Source: a bacterium (lineage in GTDB: Bacteria > UBA8248). From it: a stretch of DNA of 64,000 nt. A model generated the notes under the pieces. That model was given only the letters and a program-made list of their open reading frames with translations, was not told the origin of the DNA and did not search any database. The translations under genes and the position numbers were made by a program. The stretch lies in the NCBI GenBank assembly GCA_963692865.2, contig OY843592.1, forward strand, positions 2,144,001-2,208,000, given 5' to 3'. Below, piece after piece: positions 8,870 through 18,403 of this stretch. Numbering within the stretch: position 1 is the stretch's first letter; each line of letters starts with the position of its first letter.

Positions 8870-10126
8870 GTGGGCCGGACGATGGCGGAGAAAATCCTCT
8901 CCGCGCATTCAGGATGCGAGGCGCGGGCGGGCGACCTGGTAATCGCGGAGCTCGACTACGTCATGGCGGGCGACGCCAAGGGGCCGAAGGCGGTCGACAT
9001 CTTCCGCGAGGCGGGCTTCGCGTTCCGGCTGGACCCTGAGAAGACCGATTTCGTCATCGACCATTTCGTGCCCGCCCAGGACGTTCTCTGGGCGAACCAC
9101 CACAGGAAGCTGCGAATCTTCGGCGCCGAATACGGCGTGAAGGTCTTCGAGCCGGGCGCGGGCGTGTGCCACACCGTGGTGACGGAAGAAGGCCGCGTGG
9201 GGCCGGGCGCGCTCGCCGTCGGCGGCGACAGCCACGTCTGCACCTACGGGGCGCTGGGCGCGATGGGCGTGGCCGTCGAGAGCGTGGAGATTGCCTCGGC
9301 CTACGCCACCGGGAAGCTGTGGTTCAAGACGCCCGAGAGCGTCCGCGTGGAGTTCACCGGCGCGCTCGCGCGCGGGGTGTTCTCGAAGGACATGGAGCTC
9401 GTCCTCGCGCGCGAGATGGGCGAAAACGGCGCGAACTACATGGCGGTGGAATACGGCGGAGAGGCGCTTGCCGATCTCTCGATGGACGCGCGCTTCACGG
9501 TCGCGAACATGTCGGTCGACATGGGGGCGAAGACGGGAATCATGGAGGTGGACGATAAGGCGCTTGAATGGGCGCGGGCGCGCGGCGCGCCGGTCGAGGG
9601 GGCGGTGGCGCCGGACCCCGACGCCGTCTACGCGCGGAGAATCCATCTCGACGTCTCCTCGCTCACGCCCGTCGTGGCCGCTCCGCCCGCCACGGGGAAC
9701 GCGCACCCGGTCGAGGACTACGCGGGCCTGCCCGTCCAGCAGGCGTTCGTGGGCACGTGCACGAACGGGCGGCTGGAAGACCTCGAGATTGCGGCGAAGG
9801 TCGTGCGCGGGAAGAAGACAGCGCCCGGCGTGCGCTTCTACGTCGCGCCCACGAGCAAGCGGATCTACGAGGCCGCCTTGGCGAGCGGGGCCATCGGCGC
9901 CCTGGCCGAAGCGGGGGCCGCCGTGCTCACCGCCGCGTGCGGGCCGTGCGCCTCGATGACGGGGAACGGCTGCCTCGCCGACGGGGAGCGCGCCATATCC
10001 TCCGCCAACCGGAATTTTCCGGGCAGGCTCGGGAGCAAGGAGGCCGAGATATTCCTGGGCTCCCCCGCCACGGTGGCGGCGAGCGCGCTGACGGGCCGCA
10101 TCACCGACCCCAGGGAATTTCTGTAG
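8870..10126 (+). CDS. 3-isopropylmalate dehydratase/homoaconitase family large subunit (divergent)
   Basis: TMAEKIL, IDH, GVCH, GGDSH, GTCTNGRLEDL, CGPC, NRNFPGRLG; GTG start after AAGGAG. Confidence 0.92.
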   Translation: MGRTMAEKILSAHSGCEARAGDLVIAELDYVMAGDAKGPKAVDIFREAGFAFRLDPEKTDFVIDHFVPAQDVLWANHHRKLRIFGAEYGVKVFEPGAGVCHTVVTEEGRVGPGALAVGGDSHVCTYGALGAMGVAVESVEIASAYATGKLWFKTPESVRVEFTGALARGVFSKDMELVLAREMGENGANYMAVEYGGEALADLSMDARFTVANMSVDMGAKTGIMEVDDKALEWARARGAPVEGAVAPDPDAVYARRIHLDVSSLTPVVAAPPATGNAHPVEDYAGLPVQQAFVGTCTNGRLEDLEIAAKVVRGKKTAPGVRFYVAPTSKRIYEAALASGAIGALAEAGAAVLTAACGPCASMTGNGCLADGERAISSANRNFPGRLGSKEAEIFLGSPATVAASALTGRITDPREFL

Positions 10127-10166
10127 GCGTGGCGGGTGCGGCGAATACGGGAAGGAGGATGACGTT

Positions 10167-10652
10167 TTGGCGATGAGGGGACGCGTCCACCGCTTCGGGG
10201 ACGACATCAGCACCGACGTGCATCTGTCGGTCAAATACCGCCCGCCGGGCACGACGCTGGAGGAACTCAAGCGCGACGCCTTCAAGGAGATCGATCCCGA
10301 TTTCTCCACCAACGTGCGGCCCGGCGACGTGGTGGCGGCCGGGGAGAACTTCGGCCTCGTCAGCAGCCGGCAGGACGCCGCCGTCGTGCTCCGGGAGCTC
10401 GGCGTGAGTTGCGTGCTCGCCAGGAGTTTCGGGCACATGTTCTACCGAAACGCCATCAACTCAGGGCTGCCCGTCATCGCCTGCGACACCGGCGCCGTCC
10501 GGGCGGGCGACGAGATAGAGGTCGACCCGGTGGCCGGCGAAGCCCGCGTCGGCGATGAGACGATCACCTTCGCGCCTTTTCCCGACGGCCTGTGGGCGAT
10601 GATCGAGGCGGGCGGCCTCGTGCCCTACCTCCAGGAGAAAGGCGACTTCTAG
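10167..10652 (+). CDS. 3-isopropylmalate dehydratase family small subunit
   Basis: FGDDISTD, AGENFG..SSR, SFGHMFYRNAINSGLP, AGGLVPY. Confidence 0.9.
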   Translation: MAMRGRVHRFGDDISTDVHLSVKYRPPGTTLEELKRDAFKEIDPDFSTNVRPGDVVAAGENFGLVSSRQDAAVVLRELGVSCVLARSFGHMFYRNAINSGLPVIACDTGAVRAGDEIEVDPVAGEARVGDETITFAPFPDGLWAMIEAGGLVPYLQEKGDF

Positions 10653-10824
10653 GGCGCGCTGATTGCCCTCGGCTTCAGGCATTTTTTGAGCTTAAGTTTC
10701 GTATTGTATTCGTTTCATGTTGTATTTCTTGGCGACCCACCTGAAAAAATGAGGACCCATCCGAGACGAGACGCGTTGCCGGCGTCTCTCATATAGTTTT
10801 GTTGCTTGGGGCGGGAGAAAGGAA

Positions 10825-11286
10825 TTGACGGAATTCCAGCAGGCGACATTGCTCGTGGGATGGGTTCAGGCCGGCGTGGCCCTGTTCGTGGGCATGGTGA
10901 AATCCTCCCTGATTATTTACGGCATCGAGCGGATGAGCGACGCCTCCGAGAGGCGCGCCCTCCAGACGGACAGGCAGATCGACGCCATGGTGAGGCAGGT
11001 CGACCTCATGGCCGACGCTTTCGCCAGGCAGCACGAAGAATCCATGAAGCGGACCGACGCGCTGGTAAGGCTGCAGGAAGAGTCCATGAAACGGACGGAG
11101 ATCATGGCGGATAGCATGGCCAGGCAGCACGAGGAATCCATGAAGCGGACGGATGCGCTGATCCAGTTGCAGGAAGATTCCACGAGGCGGACGGACGCGC
11201 TGCTCAAGCAAAGCGAAATGACGATGAAGCAGAGCGAGACGGCGATGCTGGCCTTGCGCCGGCTGCTCGATAGGACCGCCGACTGA
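10825..11286 (+). CDS. Small membrane-anchored coiled-coil repeat protein, paralog of 7588-7953
   Basis: MTEFQQATL, TM segment, (H/Q)EESMKRT repeats, ending ALRRLLDRT. Confidence 0.7.
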   Translation: MTEFQQATLLVGWVQAGVALFVGMVKSSLIIYGIERMSDASERRALQTDRQIDAMVRQVDLMADAFARQHEESMKRTDALVRLQEESMKRTEIMADSMARQHEESMKRTDALIQLQEDSTRRTDALLKQSEMTMKQSETAMLALRRLLDRTAD

Positions 11287-11329
11287 CGGCAGGTAAACAG
11301 GCGGCATTTCAAGTAGCTGCTGAATAAGT

Positions 11330-11690
11330 CCCCCAAAGGGGTTGTGACCCCCACCAATCGAGAATGTTCACCGTCATTCCGGCGTCATTGCTGTTTCCGT
11401 TGTAGGGGTCGCATATCATGCGACCCTGCCTTTCGCTCATGCCGGTTACGGGCCGCATGATATGCGGCCCCTACACCTCGAATACGGAATGAAGAAACAC
11501 GGCAATCGCCCGGAGCGGTACCGCGCGTCTGTTTCATATGATACGAGCACCTTTGTAGAGCGACTGTCGGGGCCGTTCGCGAACGGCCCCGACAAACGGA
11601 ATTCCGACCGAGGGCGATTTTTTCAACAGGCCCCTCAAGGGGGGAGTGAAATTCGGTGCGCTCCTTCTGTGGACTTTTCCAACAGCCCCA
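11330..11690. repeat. REP/MITE cluster
   Basis: GTAGGGGTCGCATATCATGCGACCC...GGGCCGCATGATATGCGGCCCCTAC pair; TTTTTCAACAGGCCCCTCAAGGGGGGAGTGAAATT. Confidence 0.85.
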
Positions 11691-12143
11691 TTAGGAAAAG
11701 CCTTCCCCCAGAACGCCCTCCAGAACCTCCATCGGCAGGCCGAAATCCCGGTATCCCCGCCTGAGCGTCTCGACGTAGTGCGCCGCCGGGCGCGCAGGCT
11801 TCAAGGGATGCCGCATGACGTAGAGCATGGCTTGGAGCGGGCCGTCCGCCGTGATGATCTCCACCTCTTGCCGGTCGTAGAGCGACGGGTAGTCCTCGAA
11901 GTGATCGAGCGCGGGCAGGTCGTCGGCGTGGAGGCGGAACAGCGCGCCGGGCGTCTCGGCGCCCTTCTCGGGCGTCACGGTGGCCCAGCCGGGCCGGTTC
12001 CCGGGCGACGCTGCGGGCAGGGCGATGGCGAGGCGGTAGTCCTTGAGGCGCGCCGGACATGCGGGCGCGCTCTTCGGACACAGGGATTTCATTTGCGCGA
12101 CGTGCAGGTTCGCGCCGTAGGCGAAGTAGTTGGACTCAGGCGT
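11691..12143 (-). CDS. Gamma-glutamylcyclotransferase family protein (start uncertain)
   Basis: YFAYGANL, LDHFEDYPSLYDR. Confidence 0.85.
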   Translation of the reverse strand, partial: TPESNYFAYGANLHVAQMKSLCPKSAPACPARLKDYRLAIALPAASPGNRPGWATVTPEKGAETPGALFRLHADDLPALDHFEDYPSLYDRQEVEIITADGPLQAMLYVMRHPLKPARPAAHYVETLRRGYRDFGLPMEVLEGVLGEGFS

Positions 12144-12531
12144 AGCCGAGGTTGTCGTCCTCCTCGTCGCCCTCCCAGTCGAGGTCGATGACCGGCGGAT
12201 CGCTCCCGTCGTTCGGGAAGGCGAGCAGGAGCTTCGCCTTCTCCTCTCCAATCTGGGCGGCGCTGTGGATCGCCTCCTCGCGGATGGTGATCACCTCGCC
12301 CTGCCGGACGAGGACGAGTTCTTCCTCGACGTTGAACTGCATCTGGCCCTCGATGACGATGACGGCTTCTTCTTCATCGTGCGTGTGGTAGGGCACGAAG
12401 GCTCCGGCGGGCTGCTCGACTTCGAAAATGCGGTAGTCGCGCTCGGCCAGAGCGGAGATGATTTCCTCCTGCTCGGGTTCGCACTGGTACGCCGTGGCGA
12501 CGTCTTCTAGGCGATAGGCCGGCTTTTTCAT
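12136..12531 (-). CDS. Cupin domain protein
   Basis: PYHTHDEEEAVIVIEG...G...IHSA. Confidence 0.85.
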   Translation of the reverse strand: MKKPAYRLEDVATAYQCEPEQEEIISALAERDYRIFEVEQPAGAFVPYHTHDEEEAVIVIEGQMQFNVEEELVLVRQGEVITIREEAIHSAAQIGEEKAKLLLAFPNDGSDPPVIDLDWEGDEEDDNLGYA

Positions 12532-12550
12532 TTGGAGACCTCCTTCTTCC

Positions 12551-13000
12551 CTATGTGCCCAGGAGTTTCCGGACCGCCTGGGAAATCCGGGCGCCCGCGG
12601 CGCGCCCGGCCAGTTGACTCGTCAAGATTCCCATTACCCTGCCCATGTCCTTCATCGTGGAGGCTCCGGTTTCCTCGATGACCGCCCGGGCGGCGGCTTC
12701 GATTTCCGCGTCCTCCATCTGCGCGGGGAGATAGCCCCGGATGATCCGTATCTCATCACGTTCCTGCAGGGCCATGTCCTCGCGGCCGGCGGCCGCGTAC
12801 TGCTCGGCGGCTTCCTCCCGTTTCTTTACCATACTTTGGAGCAGTTTGAGAATATCTTCTTCCGATGTTTCTTCACCGCTCTCCTTGTCCTTGTTCAATA
12901 TCTCGGCGCGCGCCATCCGGATGGTGGAGAGCCTGAGCGTCTCCTTGGCGCGCATGGCGGTCTTCATGTCTTCCGAGAGCGCTTCCCGTATGCCGGACAC
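12551..13000 (-). CDS. GatB/YqeY domain protein
   Basis: DMKTAMRAKE..RLSTIR, YLPAQM, MKDMGRVMG. Confidence 0.93.
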   Translation of the reverse strand: MSGIREALSEDMKTAMRAKETLRLSTIRMARAEILNKDKESGEETSEEDILKLLQSMVKKREEAAEQYAAAGREDMALQERDEIRIIRGYLPAQMEDAEIEAAARAVIEETGASTMKDMGRVMGILTSQLAGRAAGARISQAVRKLLGT

Positions 13001-13018
13001 GTTTGTTTCCTCCTGGGC

Positions 13019-13405
13019 CTAAGCCGCTGCGCGGGGTCTCGCCTTCTCGCGGTGGAGGCGCCACAAGACGGCGGCCCCGCCGCCCGCGGCGTCCGCCGCC
13101 AGGTCTCCCCACGCCGCCGCCCTGTGGGGGAGAAAAAGCTGGTGCAACTCGTCGCCCAAGCCGTTCAGGGCGGTGAGCGCAAAGACGAACAGGGCGGTCC
13201 TCCCCTCGGGCCAGCGGGGACAAGTTTCCCGCCAGGGCCGCCAGAGCAGCCCGGCGAGAAGCCCAAACTCGCAGAGGTGTATGATTTTGTCCACCCCGAC
13301 AGGCAGGGGGGACGCGGGATTGCGTCCGCCCGCCGCCGTCAGGAGGTGAATCCCCGCCATGTAGGCGAGCGCGAGCGCCCAGCGCAGGGTGGTTTTTCCG
13401 CTCAC
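13019..13405 (-). CDS. VanZ family membrane protein
   Basis: DKIIH...FGLL, DELHQLFLPHR, DLAADAAG. Confidence 0.88.
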   Translation of the reverse strand: MSGKTTLRWALALAYMAGIHLLTAAGGRNPASPLPVGVDKIIHLCEFGLLAGLLWRPWRETCPRWPEGRTALFVFALTALNGLGDELHQLFLPHRAAAWGDLAADAAGGGAAVLWRLHREKARPRAAA

Positions 13406-13417
13406 CGCCTCGTTCCC

Positions 13418-13819
13418 TTATCCGGGCAGGGGGACGACCGCCTCGACCTCGACCAGAAAGCCCGGGTCGGCCAGGCTCGAAATCACCAGGAACGTGCTCA
13501 CCGGCGGGTCGTCGGGAAAGAACTCGGCCCGCACCCTGCCGACGGCGGCCCTGTAGTCGAGGCTCGTCACGAAGACCTGAATCTTGGCCGTATCCGCCAT
13601 GCGCCCGCCCGCCGCCTCCACCACCTTCTGGATGTTCCGGTAGCACTGGCGCGCCTGTCCCTCCGGGTCGCCCGGGCAGACGAGGTTGCCCTGCTCATCG
13701 AGCGGCGTCTGGCCCGCCACGTAGAGCGTGCGTCCGCCCTCGGTGATGACCCCGTGCGAGAAATGCCCGGCGGGCGCGGCCAGCGCCTCTGGAGTAACAG
13801 TTTCGCGCTTCATCTTCAT
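13418..13819 (-). CDS. RidA/YjgF family protein
   Basis: LYVAGQ, QA.QCY.NI, PPVST, LVEVEAV. Confidence 0.9.
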   Translation of the reverse strand: MKMKRETVTPEALAAPAGHFSHGVITEGGRTLYVAGQTPLDEQGNLVCPGDPEGQARQCYRNIQKVVEAAGGRMADTAKIQVFVTSLDYRAAVGRVRAEFFPDDPPVSTFLVISSLADPGFLVEVEAVVPLPG

Positions 13820-13842
13820 TTCTCCTCATCCGCCCGCGTGGT

Positions 13843-15171
13843 TCAATAGGCCGGCTTCGCCTCGCCGAGGTTCCCCACAATCGCGAGGGTGGACTCGTCG
13901 AGCCTGATGTGTTTTCTCGCCGCCGCCCGGATTTGCTCCTTTGTGACGGCGCGGATTTTTTTGAGGTATTCATCCGCGTAACCCGGCGAGAAGCCCAGAA
14001 TCTCCACCGCGAGGATGTAGTTCGCGATGCGGCCCGATGAGCCGAAGCGCGTGGCGAAGTTCCCGGTGATGAAATCCTTGGCGCCCTGGAGTTCCTCCTC
14101 GCTCACGCCCTTCGCCTGGATGCGCTTCACCTCCCCGATCGCCTCCTCGATGGCCTCGTTCGCGGTCTTGTTCTTCGTCTGGAGCATGAGCCGCCAGTGG
14201 CCCGCGTGACGGCCCGCGGCGAAATAGCTGTAGACGCTGTAGACGAGGCCCTTGTCTTCTCTCAGGTTGTTCATGATCCTGCTGGAAAACCCACCCCCGC
14301 CCAGGATGTAGTTCATCACGCGCGCGGCGTAGAAATCAGGATGCGTGCGCTTGAGCGAGCGGTTGCCCAGAATAACGGTGGTCTGGGTGAGGGGGCGGTC
14401 GATCTTGACCACCTGCATCTTCCTGGGCGTCCCGGGCGGCGCGGCCTCGGGGATTTTCCCTCCCTCCGCCCGCCAGCCCTTGAAGCGGGCCAGAACGAGT
14501 TCTCGGGCGCGATCGAGCGAAACGTCGCCCACGAAGACGAAGACCGCCCCCTTCATGCCGTACCATTTCCTGTGGAAGCGGACGAGGTCCTCCCGGCCCA
14601 GTTTCTTGATCGACGCCTCCGTCCCCTCGACCAGGCGGCCATACGGCGTTTTCCCGAAGAGGCTTTTCCGGAGCGCCTTGTTCGCCAGATGGCCGGGGCG
14701 CTCGCGCTGCCTGCGCAAGCCGCCCACGATGCGCCGCTTCGTCTTCCCGATCTCCTCCGCCGGGAAGACGGGGTTTCTGAGAACGTCGCTCAACAGGGAG
14801 AGGCCCTCTTCCATATCCCGCGTGAGCACGCGCATCGAAGCCTCCGCGCGCGCGCGGCCGGCCTCGACGCCCACGCCGCCGCCCAGCGCGTCGTTCGTCT
14901 TCTCGACCTCGGATGCGCTTCTCGTTTTCGTGCCCCGGGTGAGGAGGGCGGCGGTCAGATTCGCGAGCCCCGCCTGTTTGGGCGCCTCGTGGCGCGCGCC
15001 CGCCGGAATCGAGACGGCGACCCGCACCATGGGCAGTTGTTTGCTTTGTTTGACGAGCAATACGCCGCCGCCGGGCAACTCCGCGCGCTCGTAGGTGATG
15101 ACGGCGGCGCCCGCCATGGCGGGAAGCAGGAGTGCGGCGGCCAGTGTCCAGAGAATGCGGTGGAGTCTCAT
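13843..15171 (-). CDS. M16 family peptidase, non-catalytic subunit
   Basis: Signal peptide, GLANLTAALL.RGT (no HxxEH), ILGGGGFSSRI...REDKGLVYSV. Confidence 0.92.
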   Translation of the reverse strand: MRLHRILWTLAAALLLPAMAGAAVITYERAELPGGGVLLVKQSKQLPMVRVAVSIPAGARHEAPKQAGLANLTAALLTRGTKTRSASEVEKTNDALGGGVGVEAGRARAEASMRVLTRDMEEGLSLLSDVLRNPVFPAEEIGKTKRRIVGGLRRQRERPGHLANKALRKSLFGKTPYGRLVEGTEASIKKLGREDLVRFHRKWYGMKGAVFVFVGDVSLDRARELVLARFKGWRAEGGKIPEAAPPGTPRKMQVVKIDRPLTQTTVILGNRSLKRTHPDFYAARVMNYILGGGGFSSRIMNNLREDKGLVYSVYSYFAAGRHAGHWRLMLQTKNKTANEAIEEAIGEVKRIQAKGVSEEELQGAKDFITGNFATRFGSSGRIANYILAVEILGFSPGYADEYLKKIRAVTKEQIRAAARKHIRLDESTLAIVGNLGEAKPAY

Positions 15172-15172
15172 G

Positions 15173-16570
15173 CTAGCTTCCTCCCCGGCTTTTGGCGGCG
15201 CTCTTGCGGCGTCTCTTCTTTGTCGGTATGAGTTCGGCGGTGGTCTTGTTCCTGTTGCTCAGGTATTTCCTGGCGACGCGGGCCACGTCGGCGGGCGTCA
15301 CCTTCCTGAGGGCGGGCAGGTAGCCTTCAAGCAGCCGCCAGTCGCCCGAGATCGCCGCCGAGCCGAGGAGCCTCGCCCGGTAGTAATGCGAGTCCATCGC
15401 GAAAACCGTGTTCGCCTCGATGTTCCTGAGCGCGCGGCGGAACTCCTCTTCGCCCACGCCCTTTTCGATGAGTTTCTCCACCTCCTCGAGCAGGGCCTTC
15501 TCCGCGTCGGCGGCCTTCTTGCCGGGCGCGACCCTCGCGTAGAGATAGAAGATCATCGGGTCCACCGATATGTAGGTGTAATCCGAACCCGCTCCGAGCG
15601 CGAGCGTGTCCTTGCGCACGAGCCTCTGGTGGAGGCGCGAGGTCTCCCCCCCGCCCAGGATGGCCTCGAGCATCACGAGGGCGGGCGCGTCCCCGCTCTT
15701 CCAGTTGGGGGCATGGTAGCCGATGGCCACGTAAGGAAGCTGCGCCTCCGCGCGCACGTACACCCGGCGCTCGGACTTTTGGGGAAACTCGGCGAGTTTG
15801 GGTCTTTTGCGGAAGGTGGGGGACTTGGGGATTTTCCCGAAATGTTTTTCGAGCAGCGCGACCGCTTCATCGACCTTGAAATCGCCCACCAGGACGGCGA
15901 CGGCGTTCTCAGGTGTGTAATAGCGCCTGTAGAACGCCTCCATGTCCTCGATGGTGATGGCGTCTATGTCTTCGGGCCAGCCGATGATCGGGTTCTTGTA
16001 GGGGTGGTTCGTGTAGGCGACGGCGCGAAGCTGCTCCCAGAACTTGCCCGTCGGCCTGTCGCTCCGGGTGCGCCTCTCCTCGTGCACCACGTCTTTCTCG
16101 GCGTCGAAGGCCTTCTTCCGGAGCAGCATGTTCACCATGCGGTCGGCCTCGAGCTCGATGATTAGTTCGAGCCTGTCCGAGGCGATGCGCTCGTAGTACG
16201 CGGTGTAGTCGAAACTCGTGAACGCGTTGTGGGAGCCGCCGTTTTTCTTGATGATTTCGTCGAAGACCTTTGGGCCGTATTTCTTCGTGCCGCGGAACAT
16301 CATGTGCTCGAGAAAATGCGCCATGCCCGTGAGGCCGGGCTGCTCGTCGCGGCTGCCGACGGCGTACCAGACCTTCATGACCACCATGGGCGCGCTGCGG
16401 TCGGGCAGCAGCAGGGCGCGCATGCCGTTTTTCATCCTGTGCCCGGTCACGTTCCAGGGAACGCGCAGGGCGGTATCCTCCTTGATATCTGCGGCGATGG
16501 CTCCTCCGGTGAAGAGAAAGAGGAGGGGGGCGCCGATCAGCAGCGCGCGCAGCTTGTTTGTTTTCCGCAT
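15173..16570 (-). CDS. M16 family zinc peptidase, catalytic subunit
   Basis: GMAHFLEHMMFRGT, NAFTSFDYTAY, EERR. Confidence 0.95.
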   Translation of the reverse strand: MRKTNKLRALLIGAPLLFLFTGGAIAADIKEDTALRVPWNVTGHRMKNGMRALLLPDRSAPMVVMKVWYAVGSRDEQPGLTGMAHFLEHMMFRGTKKYGPKVFDEIIKKNGGSHNAFTSFDYTAYYERIASDRLELIIELEADRMVNMLLRKKAFDAEKDVVHEERRTRSDRPTGKFWEQLRAVAYTNHPYKNPIIGWPEDIDAITIEDMEAFYRRYYTPENAVAVLVGDFKVDEAVALLEKHFGKIPKSPTFRKRPKLAEFPQKSERRVYVRAEAQLPYVAIGYHAPNWKSGDAPALVMLEAILGGGETSRLHQRLVRKDTLALGAGSDYTYISVDPMIFYLYARVAPGKKAADAEKALLEEVEKLIEKGVGEEEFRRALRNIEANTVFAMDSHYYRARLLGSAAISGDWRLLEGYLPALRKVTPADVARVARKYLSNRNKTTAELIPTKKRRRKSAAKSRGGS

Positions 16571-16643
16571 GGATTCTTCCTCGTGGCGGCGGCGATATTT
16601 ATGATTCTTCAGCGGCGGCTCGGAGAGATGACGACGATTCACT

Positions 16644-17657
16644 CTAGTCCCTGATGCCCGCTTTTTCCAGCGCCTCGGGGTTCAGCAGGCCCGCCGGGCG
16701 CTTTCCGGCGATGACGTCGAGCGCGGCGGCGACGGCGAACTCGAGCGACTGCTCACACGCGTCCTCGCCCAGACCCGCGATGTGCGGGGTGAGAATAACG
16801 TTGTCGAGCGAGAAGATGCGGTGGCGGTGATCGGCCGGCTCGTTCGGGAAAACGTCCAGCGCGGCGCCCTGGATGATGCCGCGCTCGAGCGCCGTGGCCG
16901 CGGCGTCCAGGTCCACAACCGGGCCGCGCGAGGTGTTGACGAGATAGGCGCCCGGCTTCATCGAGGAGAGGAATTTCTCGTCCACCATGCCGCGCGTCGA
17001 ATCGTTCAGCGGCACGTGGCAGGTGATGAAATCGGCCCGGCGCGTCACCTCATCAAGGGGCTCGAAGAAAACGCCCACCTCTGCGGCGAAGCGCTCGTCG
17101 CGCACGACGTCGTGCGCGATGACCTCCATGCCGAAGGCGGCGGCGCGCCGCGCCACGCGCTTGCCGATGTTGCCCAGCCCGATGACCCCCAGCGTCTTAC
17201 GCCTGAGCGGCGATATGGGGACTCTCAAATCCGCCCATTCGCCCGCGCGCATCTTCTTGTCGGAGAGGGCGATATTTCGCGCGATGCAAAGCATGAGGCC
17301 GACCGCGTGCTCGGCGACGGAGTCGGAGTTCTGGCCCGGCGCGTTGGTTACGACCACCCCGTGGCGCGTGGCGGCGTCCAGGTCAACGGAGTTGAAGCCC
17401 ACCCCCGTTCTGGCGACGTGCTTCAGGTGCGTCGCCGCCGCCAGGGTGCGCTCGTTGTAGGGGTCGTTGCTCGGGAAGGAGACGACCACGCCGGGGAGCG
17501 AGGCGATGAGTTCTTCTTCGGTCTTGTCCACGCCGTTCGATTCGATTCTGACTTCGAGGCCCGCCTCGGTTTCGAGCCGTTTGAAGTGGCGCATCGGGTC
17601 TTCGAGGCCGCTCAGCCAGCTCGTGGTGACCCAGGCGATTCCTTTCGACATTTTCAT
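16644..17657 (-). CDS. D-isomer 2-hydroxyacid dehydrogenase (SerA-like)
   Basis: GVGFNSVD, GVIGLGNIG, VNTSRG, ALDVF..EP, TPHIAG. Confidence 0.92.
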   Translation of the reverse strand: MKMSKGIAWVTTSWLSGLEDPMRHFKRLETEAGLEVRIESNGVDKTEEELIASLPGVVVSFPSNDPYNERTLAAATHLKHVARTGVGFNSVDLDAATRHGVVVTNAPGQNSDSVAEHAVGLMLCIARNIALSDKKMRAGEWADLRVPISPLRRKTLGVIGLGNIGKRVARRAAAFGMEVIAHDVVRDERFAAEVGVFFEPLDEVTRRADFITCHVPLNDSTRGMVDEKFLSSMKPGAYLVNTSRGPVVDLDAAATALERGIIQGAALDVFPNEPADHRHRIFSLDNVILTPHIAGLGEDACEQSLEFAVAAALDVIAGKRPAGLLNPEALEKAGIRD

Positions 17658-17697
17658 CCTCTCGTCGGTGGTTCGGTTCGAATTTCAGGGGGTTTTG

Positions 17698-18381
17698 CTA
17701 GAAAACCTCGTCTTCGGGGTTGTGCACCTCGCCCATGCGCTTCAAGGTGGGAAGCGGCAGCCCCTCGTAGAGTTTGCCCAACTCCTCGTTCGTCTCGGCG
17801 AGCGCCATCTGGTAGAGGCTGTTGCCGCGGGCGTCGCATTCCACGAGGAAGGGACCGAAACCCTTCACCTCGAACACCCACATCGCCTGGGCAATGCCGA
17901 GCTCGTCGAGCCAGTAAACGTCCTTCACGCCCGTGATGCCGCGCCCGTACTGCGCGCCGATGCCGTAGCCCACCGTGTTCAGGAACACCGCGCCCAGCCG
18001 CTTGAAGTGATCCTCGTAGAATTGTTGCGCCATGCCGCCCTTGCCGATGACGCAGCGCACCCCGTGCCCGTCCAGCAGGAGGGGGAGATGCTTCTCGAAG
18101 CGGAAACTCGCCGTGGCCGTGACGGCGGCCACCTCCCACTCGCCGGCTTCGTTTTTCCCCACGGCGGGCGAGCAGTGGAACGTCACGTTCGTGAGCGAGG
18201 CGATGTCCACCGGCGGCGGCGCTTTTTCATCGAAGAGTTTCTTGTAGAGGCCGATTCTGCCCGTGAAGATCAGCCCGTCGAAATAGACGACGTCGCCCAG
18301 TTCGAGTTTCGCCAGGTCTTCCGGCGTGGCCGGCGTCGTGAGGTGGTGTTCCTTCATCTCCAGGTCTGCGGTGCCGCTCAT
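17698..18381 (-). CDS. Fe-S fumarate/L-tartrate hydratase beta subunit
   Basis: LELGDVVYFDG.IFTGR, TAS.RF, IGKGGM, ELGIAQAMW, GPFLV..D..GNSLY. Confidence 0.9.
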   Translation of the reverse strand: MSGTADLEMKEHHLTTPATPEDLAKLELGDVVYFDGLIFTGRIGLYKKLFDEKAPPPVDIASLTNVTFHCSPAVGKNEAGEWEVAAVTATASFRFEKHLPLLLDGHGVRCVIGKGGMAQQFYEDHFKRLGAVFLNTVGYGIGAQYGRGITGVKDVYWLDELGIAQAMWVFEVKGFGPFLVECDARGNSLYQMALAETNEELGKLYEGLPLPTLKRMGEVHNPEDEVF

Positions 18382-18403
18382 ATCGTGAAATCTCCCAAGC
18401 CGC

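Noticed and set aside
12136-12138. Sec readthrough of the cupin TGA into GGCT
   Set aside because: GGCT is in a different frame and there is no Cys-type context
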